From positions 1 to 41,106 of the forward strand of contig VBCP01000068.1 of NCBI GenBank assembly GCA_005888925.1: a stretch of 41,106 nucleotides of DNA. Reading direction: 5' to 3'. The notes under the pieces are model-generated. The model was not told the origin of the DNA. It did no database searches and was given only the letters and a program-made list of their open reading frames with translations. Every line of letters begins with the position of its first letter. Positions within the stretch are counted from its first letter, which is position 1. The DNA comes from Betaproteobacteria bacterium (GTDB taxonomy: Bacteria > Pseudomonadota > Gammaproteobacteria > Burkholderiales > SG8-39). Below, piece after piece: positions 1 through 9,118 of this stretch. Made by a program: the position numbers and the translations under genes.

Positions 1-202
1 GCATGTCGAAGCGCAGCGCCACGTAGCCAAGCGCGGCGAAGAGCTCGGCCACCGTGCGCGAGGTAGTGCTGTCCTTGTTGCTGCCGAAGCCGTGCAGCAC
101 CATGAAGGCCGGCCGGCGCTCGCCCGACTTCATGTCGGCCGGAAGATGGAGGATGCCGGCGAGCTGCAGGCCGGCGCTGGAAAAGTGCACGCGTTGTTCC
201 AT
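1..202 (-). CDS. alpha/beta hydrolase, N-terminal part (runs off the window edge)
   Basis: Manual translation from ATG at 202: MEQRVHFSSAGLQLAGILHLPADMKSGERRPAFMVLHGFGSNKD...ALGYVALRFDM; HGF oxyanion motif and GYxxLRFD typical of alpha/beta hydrolases. Not in the ORF track. Confidence 0.8.
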   Translation of the reverse strand, partial: MEQRVHFSSAGLQLAGILHLPADMKSGERRPAFMVLHGFGSNKDSTTSRTVAELFAALGYVALRFDM

Positions 203-225
203 CGCGCCAGCATAAACTAGGGCCC
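203..225. promoter_or_regulatory. putative bidirectional leaderless promoter (overlapping -10 boxes)
   Basis: TAAACT (213-218, +) 7 nt before ATG 226; TATGCT (214-209, -) 6 nt before ATG 202; no SD on either side. Confidence 0.55.
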
Positions 226-1129
226 ATGCGATGGCTCGTCCTCCTCCTCTACTGCGGGCTTGCGTGCGCGCAAGGCTATCCGTCCAAGCCGGTCAAGCTG
301 GTCACGCCCTTCCCGCCCGGCGGCTCAGCCGACGTGATCGCACGGCTGACGGCGCAGAGGCTCGCCGAGAACTTCGGCCAGCCGGCGGTGGTCGACAACC
401 GCGGCGGCGCGGGCGGGCTGGTGGGCACCGAATACGCGGCGAAGCAGCCGCCCGACGGCTACACGCTAGTCCTCATCACCGGCGCCTATCCGGTGCAGGC
501 GGCGATGCTGAAGTCGATGCCCTTCGATCCACCCGTTTGTCATCAGCGTGCGCGCCGATTCGCCGTTTCGCTCACTCGGCGACCTGATCGCCGCGGCGAA
601 GGCGCATCCCGGCAAGCTGAACTATCCCTCCTCGGGAATCGGCACGGTGCATCACCTGTCGGGCGAGCTGCTCAACGCCATGGCCGGCATCGACATGACG
701 CACGTGCCGTTCCGCGGCGGCGCGAGCCCGCTGACCGAGGTGCTCGGCGGGCGCGTCGACCTGCTGCTCGAGGCGATGACGCTGTCGATCGGGCAGATCC
801 AGTCGGGGAAGCTGCGCGCGCTCGCCGTCACCTCGCGCGAGCGCTGGAAGGCGCTGCCGAATGTGCCGAGCGTTGCCGAGACGGTGCCCGGGTATGAAGT
901 GAATTCGTTCATCGGCCTCGGCGCCAGCGGCGGCACGCCGCGCGAGATCGTCGAGCGGCTGAACGCCGAGGTGCGCAAGGCGCTCGCGAGCCCGGATACG
1001 CGCCAGCGCCTCGTCGATCTCGGCGGCGAGCCGGGCGCCTCGAGCCCCGACGAGATGAAGGGCTTCATCGAGCGCGAGATCGCCAAGTGGCGCGAGCTGA
1101 TCGCTGCCCGCCGCATCGAGAAGCAGTGA
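226..1129 (+). pseudogene. Bug/TctC tripartite tricarboxylate transporter substrate-binding protein, frameshifted by a small internal deletion at ~530/531
   Basis: Frame from 226 gives signal peptide + YPSKPVKLVTPFPPGGSAD...DNRGGAGG...PFDP; the next frame resumes (Y)PFVISVRADSPF...HVPFRGG...to TGA 1129. Versus the paralog at 39122, about 12 residues (DFAPIS segment) are missing, ~38 nt, which matches the frame change. Confidence 0.85.
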
Positions 1130-2028
1130 GATTTCGCCGGCTGGCCGTGCTCGCATCGACCGCGGTGACCGCCGCGTGGCTCGCGTTTCGCCGACGCCCG
1201 GCGCCGGGGCGGTTCACGCGGCGCATCTTCGTCGCGCGAGCCGGCACGCGCTTCTACCACCTGTACCTGCCAAAGGTGTATCGCGGCCAGTCGCTGCCGC
1301 TCGTCGTGATGTTGCATGGCTGCAAGCAGTCGCCCGAAGATTTCGCCGCGGGGACGCGCATGAACCAGGCGGCGGACGAGCTCGGCTTCATCGTCGCCTA
1401 TCCCGGGCAGGCCTGGCGCGCCAACGTCGAGCGCTGCTGGAACTGGTTCCGCGAGCGCGATCAGCAGCGCGATGCGGGAGAGCCCGCGATCATTGCCGGC
1501 ATCACCCGGCAAGTCCTTGCCCGCTTTAACGTGGATGTCCGGCGCGTGTACATCGCCGGATTGTCCGCGGGCGGCTCGATGGCGGCGATCATGGCCACGA
1601 CCTATCCCGAGCTGTACGCGGCGGTCGGCATCCATTCAGGTCTGCCCTACGCGTCGGCACGCGGCGCCGCTACGGCGGCCGCTGCGATGCGCTATAAGCG
1701 CCTCGGTGCAGCGGCGCCTCCCCCGGCGATCCCGACCATCGTGTTTCATGGTGACGCGGACACCACCGTGCATCCCAGCAACGGCCAGTACGCGACCGCT
1801 GGCGCCGAGGTGCACTCCGAGACCGGCGAGGCCGGTGGCCGCAGCTATACGCGCAGCAGGTGTCGCGGCGCGTCGCTGCTGGAGCATTGGCTGGTGCACG
1901 GCGCCGGCCATGCGTGGTCCGGCGGCGATGGCAATGCCTCGTTCGCCGATCCCAAAGGACCGGATGCGACCGGCGAAATGCTGCGGTTCTTCTTCCTAGC
2001 CCAGCGGCCCGAGGAACGGCTCGCCTAG
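1126..2028 (+). CDS. PHB depolymerase-family (LpqC-type) esterase
   Basis: LVVMLHGCKQ, CWNWF, GLSAGG nucleophile box, FHGDAD, HAWSGG; GTG at 1126 overlaps the upstream stop (GTGA). Confidence 0.85.
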   Translation: MRFRRLAVLASTAVTAAWLAFRRRPAPGRFTRRIFVARAGTRFYHLYLPKVYRGQSLPLVVMLHGCKQSPEDFAAGTRMNQAADELGFIVAYPGQAWRANVERCWNWFRERDQQRDAGEPAIIAGITRQVLARFNVDVRRVYIAGLSAGGSMAAIMATTYPELYAAVGIHSGLPYASARGAATAAAAMRYKRLGAAAPPPAIPTIVFHGDADTTVHPSNGQYATAGAEVHSETGEAGGRSYTRSRCRGASLLEHWLVHGAGHAWSGGDGNASFADPKGPDATGEMLRFFFLAQRPEERLA

Positions 2029-3174
2029 GTACGTATCGCTCCGCGCTGGCGCCGACTCGGGCCAGCGGGCGTTATCGATCTTCGGCCGCTGCGATGCAGG
2101 CCGCGGCTTGCCGTCCCAGCCGATCTGCTCCATGTAGTAGTAGAGCTGGAACGCGAAGCCGTCCGGGTCGATGGCGAAGGCGCAGTAGTCGATGCCCGGG
2201 AAGAGCTCGGACGGCAGGTACTTGATCTCGGCGCCCTGGCCCTTGAGGAACGTGACAGCGTCCCGCAGTTGCCGGTAGCTGCCCATCTGCAGGCCGAACG
2301 ACATCAGCGTGGTATGCGCGCTCAGGCCAAGCTCGTCGCGCAGCGCGAGCGGATAGAGCGCCATACAGTGATGCTCGGTATTGGCGCGCAGGAACACGCA
2401 GCGATGCCCTTGGTATTCGACCTCCTCGGTGACGGTGAAGCCCAGATCGTCGCGATAGAACGCGAGCATGGCTTCCATGTTCTCCACGAACAGGCGCACC
2501 GGCCCATGCCGCACGATCTTGAACGGCCGCGCGACCTTTTCGATCGGGATGCCCTGCGCAGTCGCGTCGAGCACTTCGGCCAGCTCGGACTTGTGCGGCA
2601 GCTGCGGCGGCTTCGCGTAGCGCACGCCGTACATTTCGCGCGGCTTCGAATAGCCGTCCCAGCCGACTTGTTCGATGCCGTAGTAAAGCTCGTTGGTGTG
2701 CCCTTCCGGATCGGGCGGATAAAAGTGCCAGTTCGAGCCGGGCAGATCGCGTCCCGCGCGGCGGATCGGCTTGCCGCGTTTCGTGAACCAGTCGAAGGCA
2801 TCCGAGATTTCCTGCAGCGAACCGACCTGCCAGGTGATCTGATTAACGGTGCCTTGCGGCTTCGCCGCCCATGCGTTCACCGCGGCATAAGCGCCGCGTG
2901 GAAAGAACACGAACGAATGATGATCGGTGCCGTGGCGCGCGAAGTAACCGATGGTGGGCCCGACCTTACCGCGCTTGTCTTCGGGCAAGCGCGGCGTGAA
3001 GTCGAGCGGATCGGAAATGCGGAAGCCGAGCAAGCGGCAGTAGAAGTCCTTGCTGCGCTCCGGATCCGCAACGTTGAGGCCGAAATGGCCGAGGCGCCGG
3101 ATGCGGAACGGCCGCGGCCAGCGCACGCCGCCGAGGTCGAATTCACCCTGCTCTGCAGGCGAGTCGCGCTTCAT
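1996..3174 (-). CDS. two-module VOC/glyoxalase (extradiol dioxygenase-like) protein
   Basis: Two internal repeats: RPFRIRRLGHFGLNV..LGFRISD..DHHS..DPEGHTNELYYGIEQVGWDG and RPFKIVRHGPVRLFV..LGFTVTE..EHHC..DPDGFAFQLYYYMEQIGWDG. Confidence 0.8.
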   Translation of the reverse strand: MKRDSPAEQGEFDLGGVRWPRPFRIRRLGHFGLNVADPERSKDFYCRLLGFRISDPLDFTPRLPEDKRGKVGPTIGYFARHGTDHHSFVFFPRGAYAAVNAWAAKPQGTVNQITWQVGSLQEISDAFDWFTKRGKPIRRAGRDLPGSNWHFYPPDPEGHTNELYYGIEQVGWDGYSKPREMYGVRYAKPPQLPHKSELAEVLDATAQGIPIEKVARPFKIVRHGPVRLFVENMEAMLAFYRDDLGFTVTEEVEYQGHRCVFLRANTEHHCMALYPLALRDELGLSAHTTLMSFGLQMGSYRQLRDAVTFLKGQGAEIKYLPSELFPGIDYCAFAIDPDGFAFQLYYYMEQIGWDGKPRPASQRPKIDNARWPESAPARSDTYLGEPFLGPLG

Positions 3175-3198
3175 GTCGCTAGTATAAGATCGCCTCGC
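3175..3198. promoter_or_regulatory. putative bidirectional leaderless promoter
   Basis: TAAGAT (3185-3190, +) 8 nt before ATG 3199; TATACT (3186-3181, -) 6 nt before ATG 3174. Confidence 0.55.
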
Positions 3199-4503
3199 AT
3201 GATCAGCGTCGAGCAGAACGAACTGATGACGCGCGTCGGGCCCGGCACGCCGTGCGGCAAGCTGCTGCGCCGCTACTGGCAGCCGGTGGCGCTCGCCGAC
3301 GAGATGAGCGGGCCGCGGCCGGTGAGGCCGGTTCGCATCATGGGCGAAAACCTGGTCTTATTCAGGCAGGAGAACCAGTACGGGCTGATCGAGCGCCAGT
3401 GTGCCCATCGCGGCGCCGATCTCGCTTATGGCCGCCTGGAAGACGGCGGACTGCGCTGCTCGTTCCACGGCTGGTTGTTCGACGTCAACGGCAGGTGCCT
3501 GCAGACGCCGGCTGAGCCCGCCGGCAGCCGGCTCTGCGAGCACGTGCGGCTACGCGCCTATCCGGTACAGGAAAAGAGCGGCATCCTCTTCGCCTATCTC
3601 GGCGAGGGCGAGGCGCCGGCGTTCCCGCACTTCGATGCCTTCGTCGCGCCCTCCGAGTACACGTTCGCGTTCAAGGGCTACTGGGACTGCAACTGGCTGC
3701 AGGCGCTCGAGGTCGGCATCGATCCCGCGCACGCTTCGTGGTTGCACAAATTCTTCGAGGACGAGGACCCGGCGGCGAGCTACGGCCGGCAGTTCCGCGG
3801 CCTGCCGTCGGACGCGCAGATCCCGATCTCCAAGCTGCTGCGCGAGTTCGATCGCCCCGAGATTCGCGTCGAGCGCACCGACTACGGCATGCGGCTGCAG
3901 ACGCTGCGCAAGCTGAGCGCTGCGCAGACGCACATCCGCGTCACCAACATTCTCTTTCCCCAGGCGTTCGTCATCCCGATGAACGCCGAGATGACCATCT
4001 CCCAGTGGCACGTTCCGGTCGACGACACCGGCTGCTACTGGTACTCGATCTTCACCAGCTTCGGCGCGCCGGTCGATAAGGACACGATGCGCAACCAGCG
4101 CCTGAAAACTTATCCCGCGCCGGATTACAAGCCTATTTTTGGAAGAAGCAATGGTTGGGGCTTCGACGCCGGCGAGCAGAAGTCGCAGACCTTCACCGGC
4201 ATGGGCTTCGACATCAACATCCACGACCAGTGGGCCTGCGAGTCGCAGGGGCCGATCGCCGACCGCAGCCGGGAGAACCTCGGCAGCACCGACAAGGGCA
4301 TCGTGCTCTATCGCCGGCTGCTGATAGAAGCGATCCGGAAAAACGACGCCGGCGAGCGGCCGCTGATGGTGCTCGATCAGCAAAAAGCGGTCGAGCTCAA
4401 GGGCCCGCCCGCGATCGACGGCATCGGCCCGACCGAAGGCATGGACGAGTACTGGAAGGTCGCGGACGAGAAGCGCCGCCGCCAGTCTGCCTGGGCGGCG
4501 TGA
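3199..4503 (+). CDS. Rieske non-heme iron oxygenase alpha subunit (phthalate 4,5-dioxygenase/LigXa-like)
   Basis: Rieske motif CAHRG...CSFHGW; mononuclear iron motif E..IDPAHASWLH; HDQWACESQG; N-terminus LMTRVGPGTPCGKLLRRYWQP. Start trimmed from the ORF track to ATG 3199. Confidence 0.9.
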   Translation: MISVEQNELMTRVGPGTPCGKLLRRYWQPVALADEMSGPRPVRPVRIMGENLVLFRQENQYGLIERQCAHRGADLAYGRLEDGGLRCSFHGWLFDVNGRCLQTPAEPAGSRLCEHVRLRAYPVQEKSGILFAYLGEGEAPAFPHFDAFVAPSEYTFAFKGYWDCNWLQALEVGIDPAHASWLHKFFEDEDPAASYGRQFRGLPSDAQIPISKLLREFDRPEIRVERTDYGMRLQTLRKLSAAQTHIRVTNILFPQAFVIPMNAEMTISQWHVPVDDTGCYWYSIFTSFGAPVDKDTMRNQRLKTYPAPDYKPIFGRSNGWGFDAGEQKSQTFTGMGFDINIHDQWACESQGPIADRSRENLGSTDKGIVLYRRLLIEAIRKNDAGERPLMVLDQQKAVELKGPPAIDGIGPTEGMDEYWKVADEKRRRQSAWAA

Positions 4504-5864
4504 ACCTCCTCAAAGAGATCGAGAGCCGCGGCCTGAAGGCCGTGCGCTTCTCATTCGCCGACCAGCATGGCGTGCTGCGCGGCAAGACGCTCGCGGCGAG
4601 CGAAGCGAAGAGCGCGCTGGATCGTGGCGTCACGGTAACCAGCACCCTTCTGCTGAAAGACACGTCGCACCGGACCGTCTTCCCGGCTTTCACCCCGGGC
4701 GGCGGCGTCGGCATCCCCGAGCTGCAGGGCGCGGCCGATATCCTGATGATGCCCGACGCTTCGACGTTCCGCGTGCTGCCCTGGGCAGCGGACACGGGCT
4801 GGGTGCTGTGCGACCTGCGGCTGCAGGACGGCGGCGCGGTGCCGTTCGATTCGCGCGCCGTGCTGCGCGAGGCGCTCGAGAAGCTCGGCGACTACGAGTT
4901 CATCGCGGGCCTGGAGGTGGAATTCCACGTCTTCAAGATTGCGAACGCCCGCCTGCAGCCCGAAGACGCGGGGCAGCCGGGCACACCGCCGGACGTGGAG
5001 CTGCTCACCACCGGCTACCAGTACCTCACCGAGCAGCGCTACGACCTGATCGATCCGGTGGTCCAATTGCTGCGCGATGGATTGGCCGAGCTGCAGTTGC
5101 CGCTGCGCTCGTTCGAGGTCGAGTTCGGGCCGAGCCAGTTCGAATTCACGCTCGCGCCGCTCGGCGGGCTCGCGGCGGCCGACGCGATGGTGCTGCTGCG
5201 CAGCGCCGTCAAGCAGATCGCGCGGCGCCACGGCTACCACGCCACCTTCATGTGCCGGCCGAAGCTGCCGAACGTGATGTCGAGCGGCTGGCACCTGCAT
5301 CAATCGCTCGCGAAGGGCGGGCGCAATGCGTTCACGGCCGAGCGCGAGGATCTCTCGGAGACGGGAAAAAACTACCTGGCGGGCCTGCTCGCCCATGCGC
5401 GCGGCGCCTGCGCGTTCAGCACGCCGACGATCAACGGCTACAAGCGCTACCGGCCCTACTCGCTTGCGCCCGATCGCATCATCTGGGGCAAGGAGAATCG
5501 CGGCGCGCTGCTGCGCGTGATCGGCGGCCCGGGCAATCCCGCGACGCGCATCGAGAACCGCATCGGCGAGCCGGCGGCGAACCCGTATCTGTATTTCGCC
5601 TCGCAGATCTATTCCGGGCTCGACGGCATGGCAACGCGCCCCGGCCTGCCGCCTTCCGCCGACACGCCGTACGAGGCGAAGGCTGCGCTCCTGCCGCACA
5701 CCCTCGCCGAGGCCATCGCAGCGCTGCGCCTGGATAAGGCGCTGCGCGAGGGGATCGGTGAAGCGTTCGTCGACTACTACTGCAAGATCAAGGAGGCCGA
5801 GATCGCGCGCTTCAACCTGGAGGTCAGCGAATGGGAGCATCGCGAATACTTCGATCTCTTTTAG
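4500..5864 (+). CDS. glutamine synthetase-family protein, probably a gamma-glutamyl-amine ligase rather than housekeeping GlnA
   Basis: DQHGVLRGK, GLEVEF, EFGPSQFE, ATFMCRP, SGWHLHQSL, WGKENR, RIENR..EPAANPY; GTG 4500 overlaps the Rieske stop. Confidence 0.85.
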   Translation: MNLLKEIESRGLKAVRFSFADQHGVLRGKTLAASEAKSALDRGVTVTSTLLLKDTSHRTVFPAFTPGGGVGIPELQGAADILMMPDASTFRVLPWAADTGWVLCDLRLQDGGAVPFDSRAVLREALEKLGDYEFIAGLEVEFHVFKIANARLQPEDAGQPGTPPDVELLTTGYQYLTEQRYDLIDPVVQLLRDGLAELQLPLRSFEVEFGPSQFEFTLAPLGGLAAADAMVLLRSAVKQIARRHGYHATFMCRPKLPNVMSSGWHLHQSLAKGGRNAFTAEREDLSETGKNYLAGLLAHARGACAFSTPTINGYKRYRPYSLAPDRIIWGKENRGALLRVIGGPGNPATRIENRIGEPAANPYLYFASQIYSGLDGMATRPGLPPSADTPYEAKAALLPHTLAEAIAALRLDKALREGIGEAFVDYYCKIKEAEIARFNLEVSEWEHREYFDLF

Positions 5865-6805
5865 GCGCCGCGCTCGTCGCGGCCGCCGCCACGACCTGCG
5901 CGCAGACCTACCCGTCCAAGCCGATCCGTTTCATCGCGCCGTTCCCGCCCGGCGGCTCGAGCGATGTGCTGTGCCGGGTGCTCGGACAGAAACTCGCGGA
6001 TGTGGCGGGGCAGCCGGTGGTGGTGGAGAACCGCGCCGGCGCAAGCGGCAACATCGGCCACGAGTACGGCGCGAAGCAGCCGGCGGACGGCTACACGCTG
6101 CTGCTCTCGAACAATGCGGCACTCGCGATCAATCCGCATCTCTTCAAGCGCCTCGGGTTCGACCCGCAGGGAGACTTTGCGCCGGTGACGATGGTGGCGA
6201 GCGCGGGCCAGGTGCTGGTCGTGCATCCGTCGGTCGCCGCCACGAGCGTCCAGGAGCTGATCGCGCTTGCAAAGGCGCGGCCCGGGCAACTGCATTTCGG
6301 CTCGGGCGGCAAAGGCATTCCCTCGCATATCGCCGGCGAGACCTTCAAGGTCGCCGCCGGCGTCGACATCGTCCATGTCCCCTACAAGGGGACGGTGCAG
6401 GCCGTCGGCGATCTCGTGGGCGGCCAGGTGCAGCTCGTCTTCTCCGACATGGTGCCGGCGATCCCGCATATCAGGTCAGGAAAGCTGCGCCCGCTCGCGG
6501 TCACCGTCGCTCAGCGCTCGGCGGCGCTGCCCGAAGTGCCGACCATGGACGAAGCGGGCATGCCCGGATTCCGCTCGGTGGTGTGGTGGGCGGTGCTCGT
6601 GCCGCGCGGCACTCCCGGCGAGATCATCGCCCGGCTGAACGGCGTTTTCGGCCGCATCATGAAGCTGCCGGAGGTGCAGGAGCGCTATGCGTCGCTAGGC
6701 GTCTTCACCGAGCACAGCACGCCGCAGCAGGTCACCGAGCGGATAAAGTCCGACCTGCAGGAGTTCGCCAAGATATTGAAAGCGGCCGGCGTCGAAGCGG
6801 AATAA
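5831..6805 (+). CDS. Bug/TctC substrate-binding protein
   Basis: Signal peptide, YPSKPIRFIAPFPPGGSSD, ENRAGASG, HVPYKG. Confidence 0.9.
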   Translation: MGASRILRSLLGAALVAAAATTCAQTYPSKPIRFIAPFPPGGSSDVLCRVLGQKLADVAGQPVVVENRAGASGNIGHEYGAKQPADGYTLLLSNNAALAINPHLFKRLGFDPQGDFAPVTMVASAGQVLVVHPSVAATSVQELIALAKARPGQLHFGSGGKGIPSHIAGETFKVAAGVDIVHVPYKGTVQAVGDLVGGQVQLVFSDMVPAIPHIRSGKLRPLAVTVAQRSAALPEVPTMDEAGMPGFRSVVWWAVLVPRGTPGEIIARLNGVFGRIMKLPEVQERYASLGVFTEHSTPQQVTERIKSDLQEFAKILKAAGVEAE

Positions 6806-6865
6806 GCGCGTTGCGCGAGTGATAATCGTGATCTGTCCCTGATTTTTCGCGCCTAAGGAGTTCCA

Positions 6866-7849
6866 ATGGAAATGCGCACCCTCGGCAAGAGCGGCATCAA
6901 GGTCTCTGCCGTCGGCCTCGGCCTGATGTCGATGTCGGGCATCTACGGCAATGCCAACGACGAGGAGTCGATCCGCGTGATCCACTACGCGCTCGACAAG
7001 GGCATCAACTTTCTCGACTCGGCCGACATGTACGGCTGGGGCCACAACGAGGAACTGCTCGGCAAGGCCCTGCGCGGCCGCCGCGAAGGCGTGGTGGTGG
7101 CGACCAAGTTCGGGCAGACCAAGAGCGCCGACGGAAGACAGGACGTGGACGGCAGCCCGGCGTACGTGCTGCGCGCCTGCGAGGCGAGCCTCAAGCGCAT
7201 GGGCATCGAGGTGATCGACGTCTACTACCAGCACCGCGTCGATCCCAAAGTGCCGATCGAGGAGACGGTCGGCGCGATGAAGCGCCTGGTGGAGGCGGGC
7301 AAGGTGCGCGCGCTCGGCCTGTCGGAGGCACGCCCCGACACCATCCGCCGCGCGCACAAGATCCATCCGATCGCCGCCGTGCAGAACGAATATTCCCTTT
7401 TGTATAGGAAAGATGGGGAAGAAACGCTCAGCGCAACGCGAGACCTCGGCATCTCGCTCGTTGCCTACGCGCCCCTCGGGCGCAGCATGCTCACCGGCTC
7501 GGTCAAGGGCAAGGCCGACCTGCCCGACGGCGACCGGCGCCTCGCGCATCCGCGCTTCCAGGGCGAGAACCTCGAGCGCAACGTCAAGATCGTGAAGCGC
7601 CTCGAGGAGATCTCGGTGGAGAAGAAGTGCACGCCGGCGCAGCTGGTGCTCGCGTGGCTCCTGGCGCAGGGCAAGGACATCGTCCCGATCCCGGGCACCA
7701 AGCGCAAGCAGCGCGTCGACGAGAACCTCGACGCGCTCGGGGTCAGGCTCTCGGCGCAGGACCTGAAGCGCATCTCGGAAGTGGCGCCGGTCGGCGCCGG
7801 CGCCGGCCCGCGCTACCCGGACGATGCGATGAAGCGGGTCTACCTGTAG
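6866..7849 (+). CDS. aldo/keto reductase
   Basis: GLGLMSM, DSADMYG, ATKFG, YYQHRVDP, GLSE, VQNEYSL, PIPGTK; SD AAGGAG upstream. Confidence 0.92.
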   Translation: MEMRTLGKSGIKVSAVGLGLMSMSGIYGNANDEESIRVIHYALDKGINFLDSADMYGWGHNEELLGKALRGRREGVVVATKFGQTKSADGRQDVDGSPAYVLRACEASLKRMGIEVIDVYYQHRVDPKVPIEETVGAMKRLVEAGKVRALGLSEARPDTIRRAHKIHPIAAVQNEYSLLYRKDGEETLSATRDLGISLVAYAPLGRSMLTGSVKGKADLPDGDRRLAHPRFQGENLERNVKIVKRLEEISVEKKCTPAQLVLAWLLAQGKDIVPIPGTKRKQRVDENLDALGVRLSAQDLKRISEVAPVGAGAGPRYPDDAMKRVYL

Positions 7850-7850
7850 C

Positions 7851-8708
7851 TTGACGCGTTCCGCCGCGGCCCGGTGGCTGCTGCTCGCCACCTTGTGGTC
7901 GCTGCAGTTCATCTTCATGCGCGTGGCCGTGCCCGTGTTCGGCACGGCGCCGGTGGCCGAAGCACGAGCGCTTTTTGCCGCTTGTTTTCTCCTGCCGTGG
8001 GCGCTGTGGATCGCGCGCCTGCAACTCGCGCCGCTCGAGCACTGGCGCGATTACCTGGTTGTCGGGCTTGCCAACAACGTCCTGCCCTTCCTCTGCTTCG
8101 CCTGGGCCGCGACCGTCCTGCCCGCCGGCTATATGGCGGTGATCAACGGCACCGTGCCGCTATGGACCGCGATCTTTTCGGCGCTGATCCTGCACGAGCG
8201 GCTGCGCGCCGCACGCGTCGTCGGCTTCCTCCTCGGCCTCATCGGTGTGGGCATGATCGTGAACCTCGGCCCACTGGAGCTCAGCTGGCAAATCCTTGCC
8301 GCCACCGCTGCGAGCCTCACTGGCGCCGCGCTCTGGGGGTGGGCCGGCGTGCTGATCAAGCAGCGCTACGGGCGCCTGCCGCCGATGGCCGTCGCCGCGG
8401 GCTCGGTCGCTTTCGCCGCCGCCATCATGCTGCCGCTCTGGACGCAGGCGCCACCGCTCGAAGCCTGGACGCCCGTCGCGACGGCCAACATGGTCGCGCT
8501 GGGGCTTCTCTGCACTGGCTTCGCTTACCTGCCCTTCTTCACCCTGATCCGCGATATCGGGCCCTGGCGCACGCTGAGCGTCGGCATGATCGTTCCGCTG
8601 CTCGGGATTTTCTGGGGCTGGCTGTTCCTCGGCGAAGCCGTGATGCTGGGCATGCTCGCCGGCGCGACACTGGTGCTCGTCGCGCTAGTGCTCGTGATGA
8701 AGCATTAA
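7851..8708 (+). CDS. DMT/EamA-family transporter
   Basis: About 10 hydrophobic segments in two EamA-like repeats (LWSLQF..., GWLFLGE); TTG start. Confidence 0.85.
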   Translation: MTRSAAARWLLLATLWSLQFIFMRVAVPVFGTAPVAEARALFAACFLLPWALWIARLQLAPLEHWRDYLVVGLANNVLPFLCFAWAATVLPAGYMAVINGTVPLWTAIFSALILHERLRAARVVGFLLGLIGVGMIVNLGPLELSWQILAATAASLTGAALWGWAGVLIKQRYGRLPPMAVAAGSVAFAAAIMLPLWTQAPPLEAWTPVATANMVALGLLCTGFAYLPFFTLIRDIGPWRTLSVGMIVPLLGIFWGWLFLGEAVMLGMLAGATLVLVALVLVMKH

Positions 8709-9118
8709 GTGATGGCGCCGGTCCAGCGGACCCAGAGCGCGATCAGCGCCACATTGCTCGCCGCGTACGCGATGAGTCGATGGAACACCTTGGTGTATGT
8801 GAGATGAATCAAGCTGTGCAACGCGCGAAGCGCGACATAGGCCCAGGCGAGATATAGCGCACGCGCATCGACGGTCGCCGTCACGTAGAACCCGAGACAG
8901 ACCACGTAGAACAGGACCGGCAGCTCGAGCAGGTTCATCAGGTTGCGGTTAGGGAGGCTCACTTCGCCTGGCACGTGCGCCGATTCGCCATAGCGGAAAT
9001 CGCGCGACGTCACCTGCCCACGCGCGGCTGCCCTGAAGCGCGCGGCGGGGATGAGGAGCAGCACGACGAATGTCAGGCCCGCGAGCGCGACCATCGGGTA
9101 AAGGATCGCGGCTTTCAC
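8705..9118 (-). CDS. MAPEG-family membrane protein
   Basis: NRNLMNLLELPVLFY and AWAYVALRALHSLIHL motifs; GTG 9118 overlaps the upstream stop (GTGA). Confidence 0.8.
   Translation of the reverse strand: MKAAILYPMVALAGLTFVVLLLIPAARFRAAARGQVTSRDFRYGESAHVPGEVSLPNRNLMNLLELPVLFYVVCLGFYVTATVDARALYLAWAYVALRALHSLIHLTYTKVFHRLIAYAASNVALIALWVRWTGAIT

Noticed and set aside
520..545. Programmed ribosomal frameshift in the first Bug gene (likewise at ~28685)
   Set aside because: No slippery heptamer, and conserved residues are physically missing, so frameshifting could not restore the protein.
4500..5864. Housekeeping glnA
   Set aside because: Coupled to a Rieske oxygenase, no ntrBC context, and the sequence is of the short GS-like ligase type.
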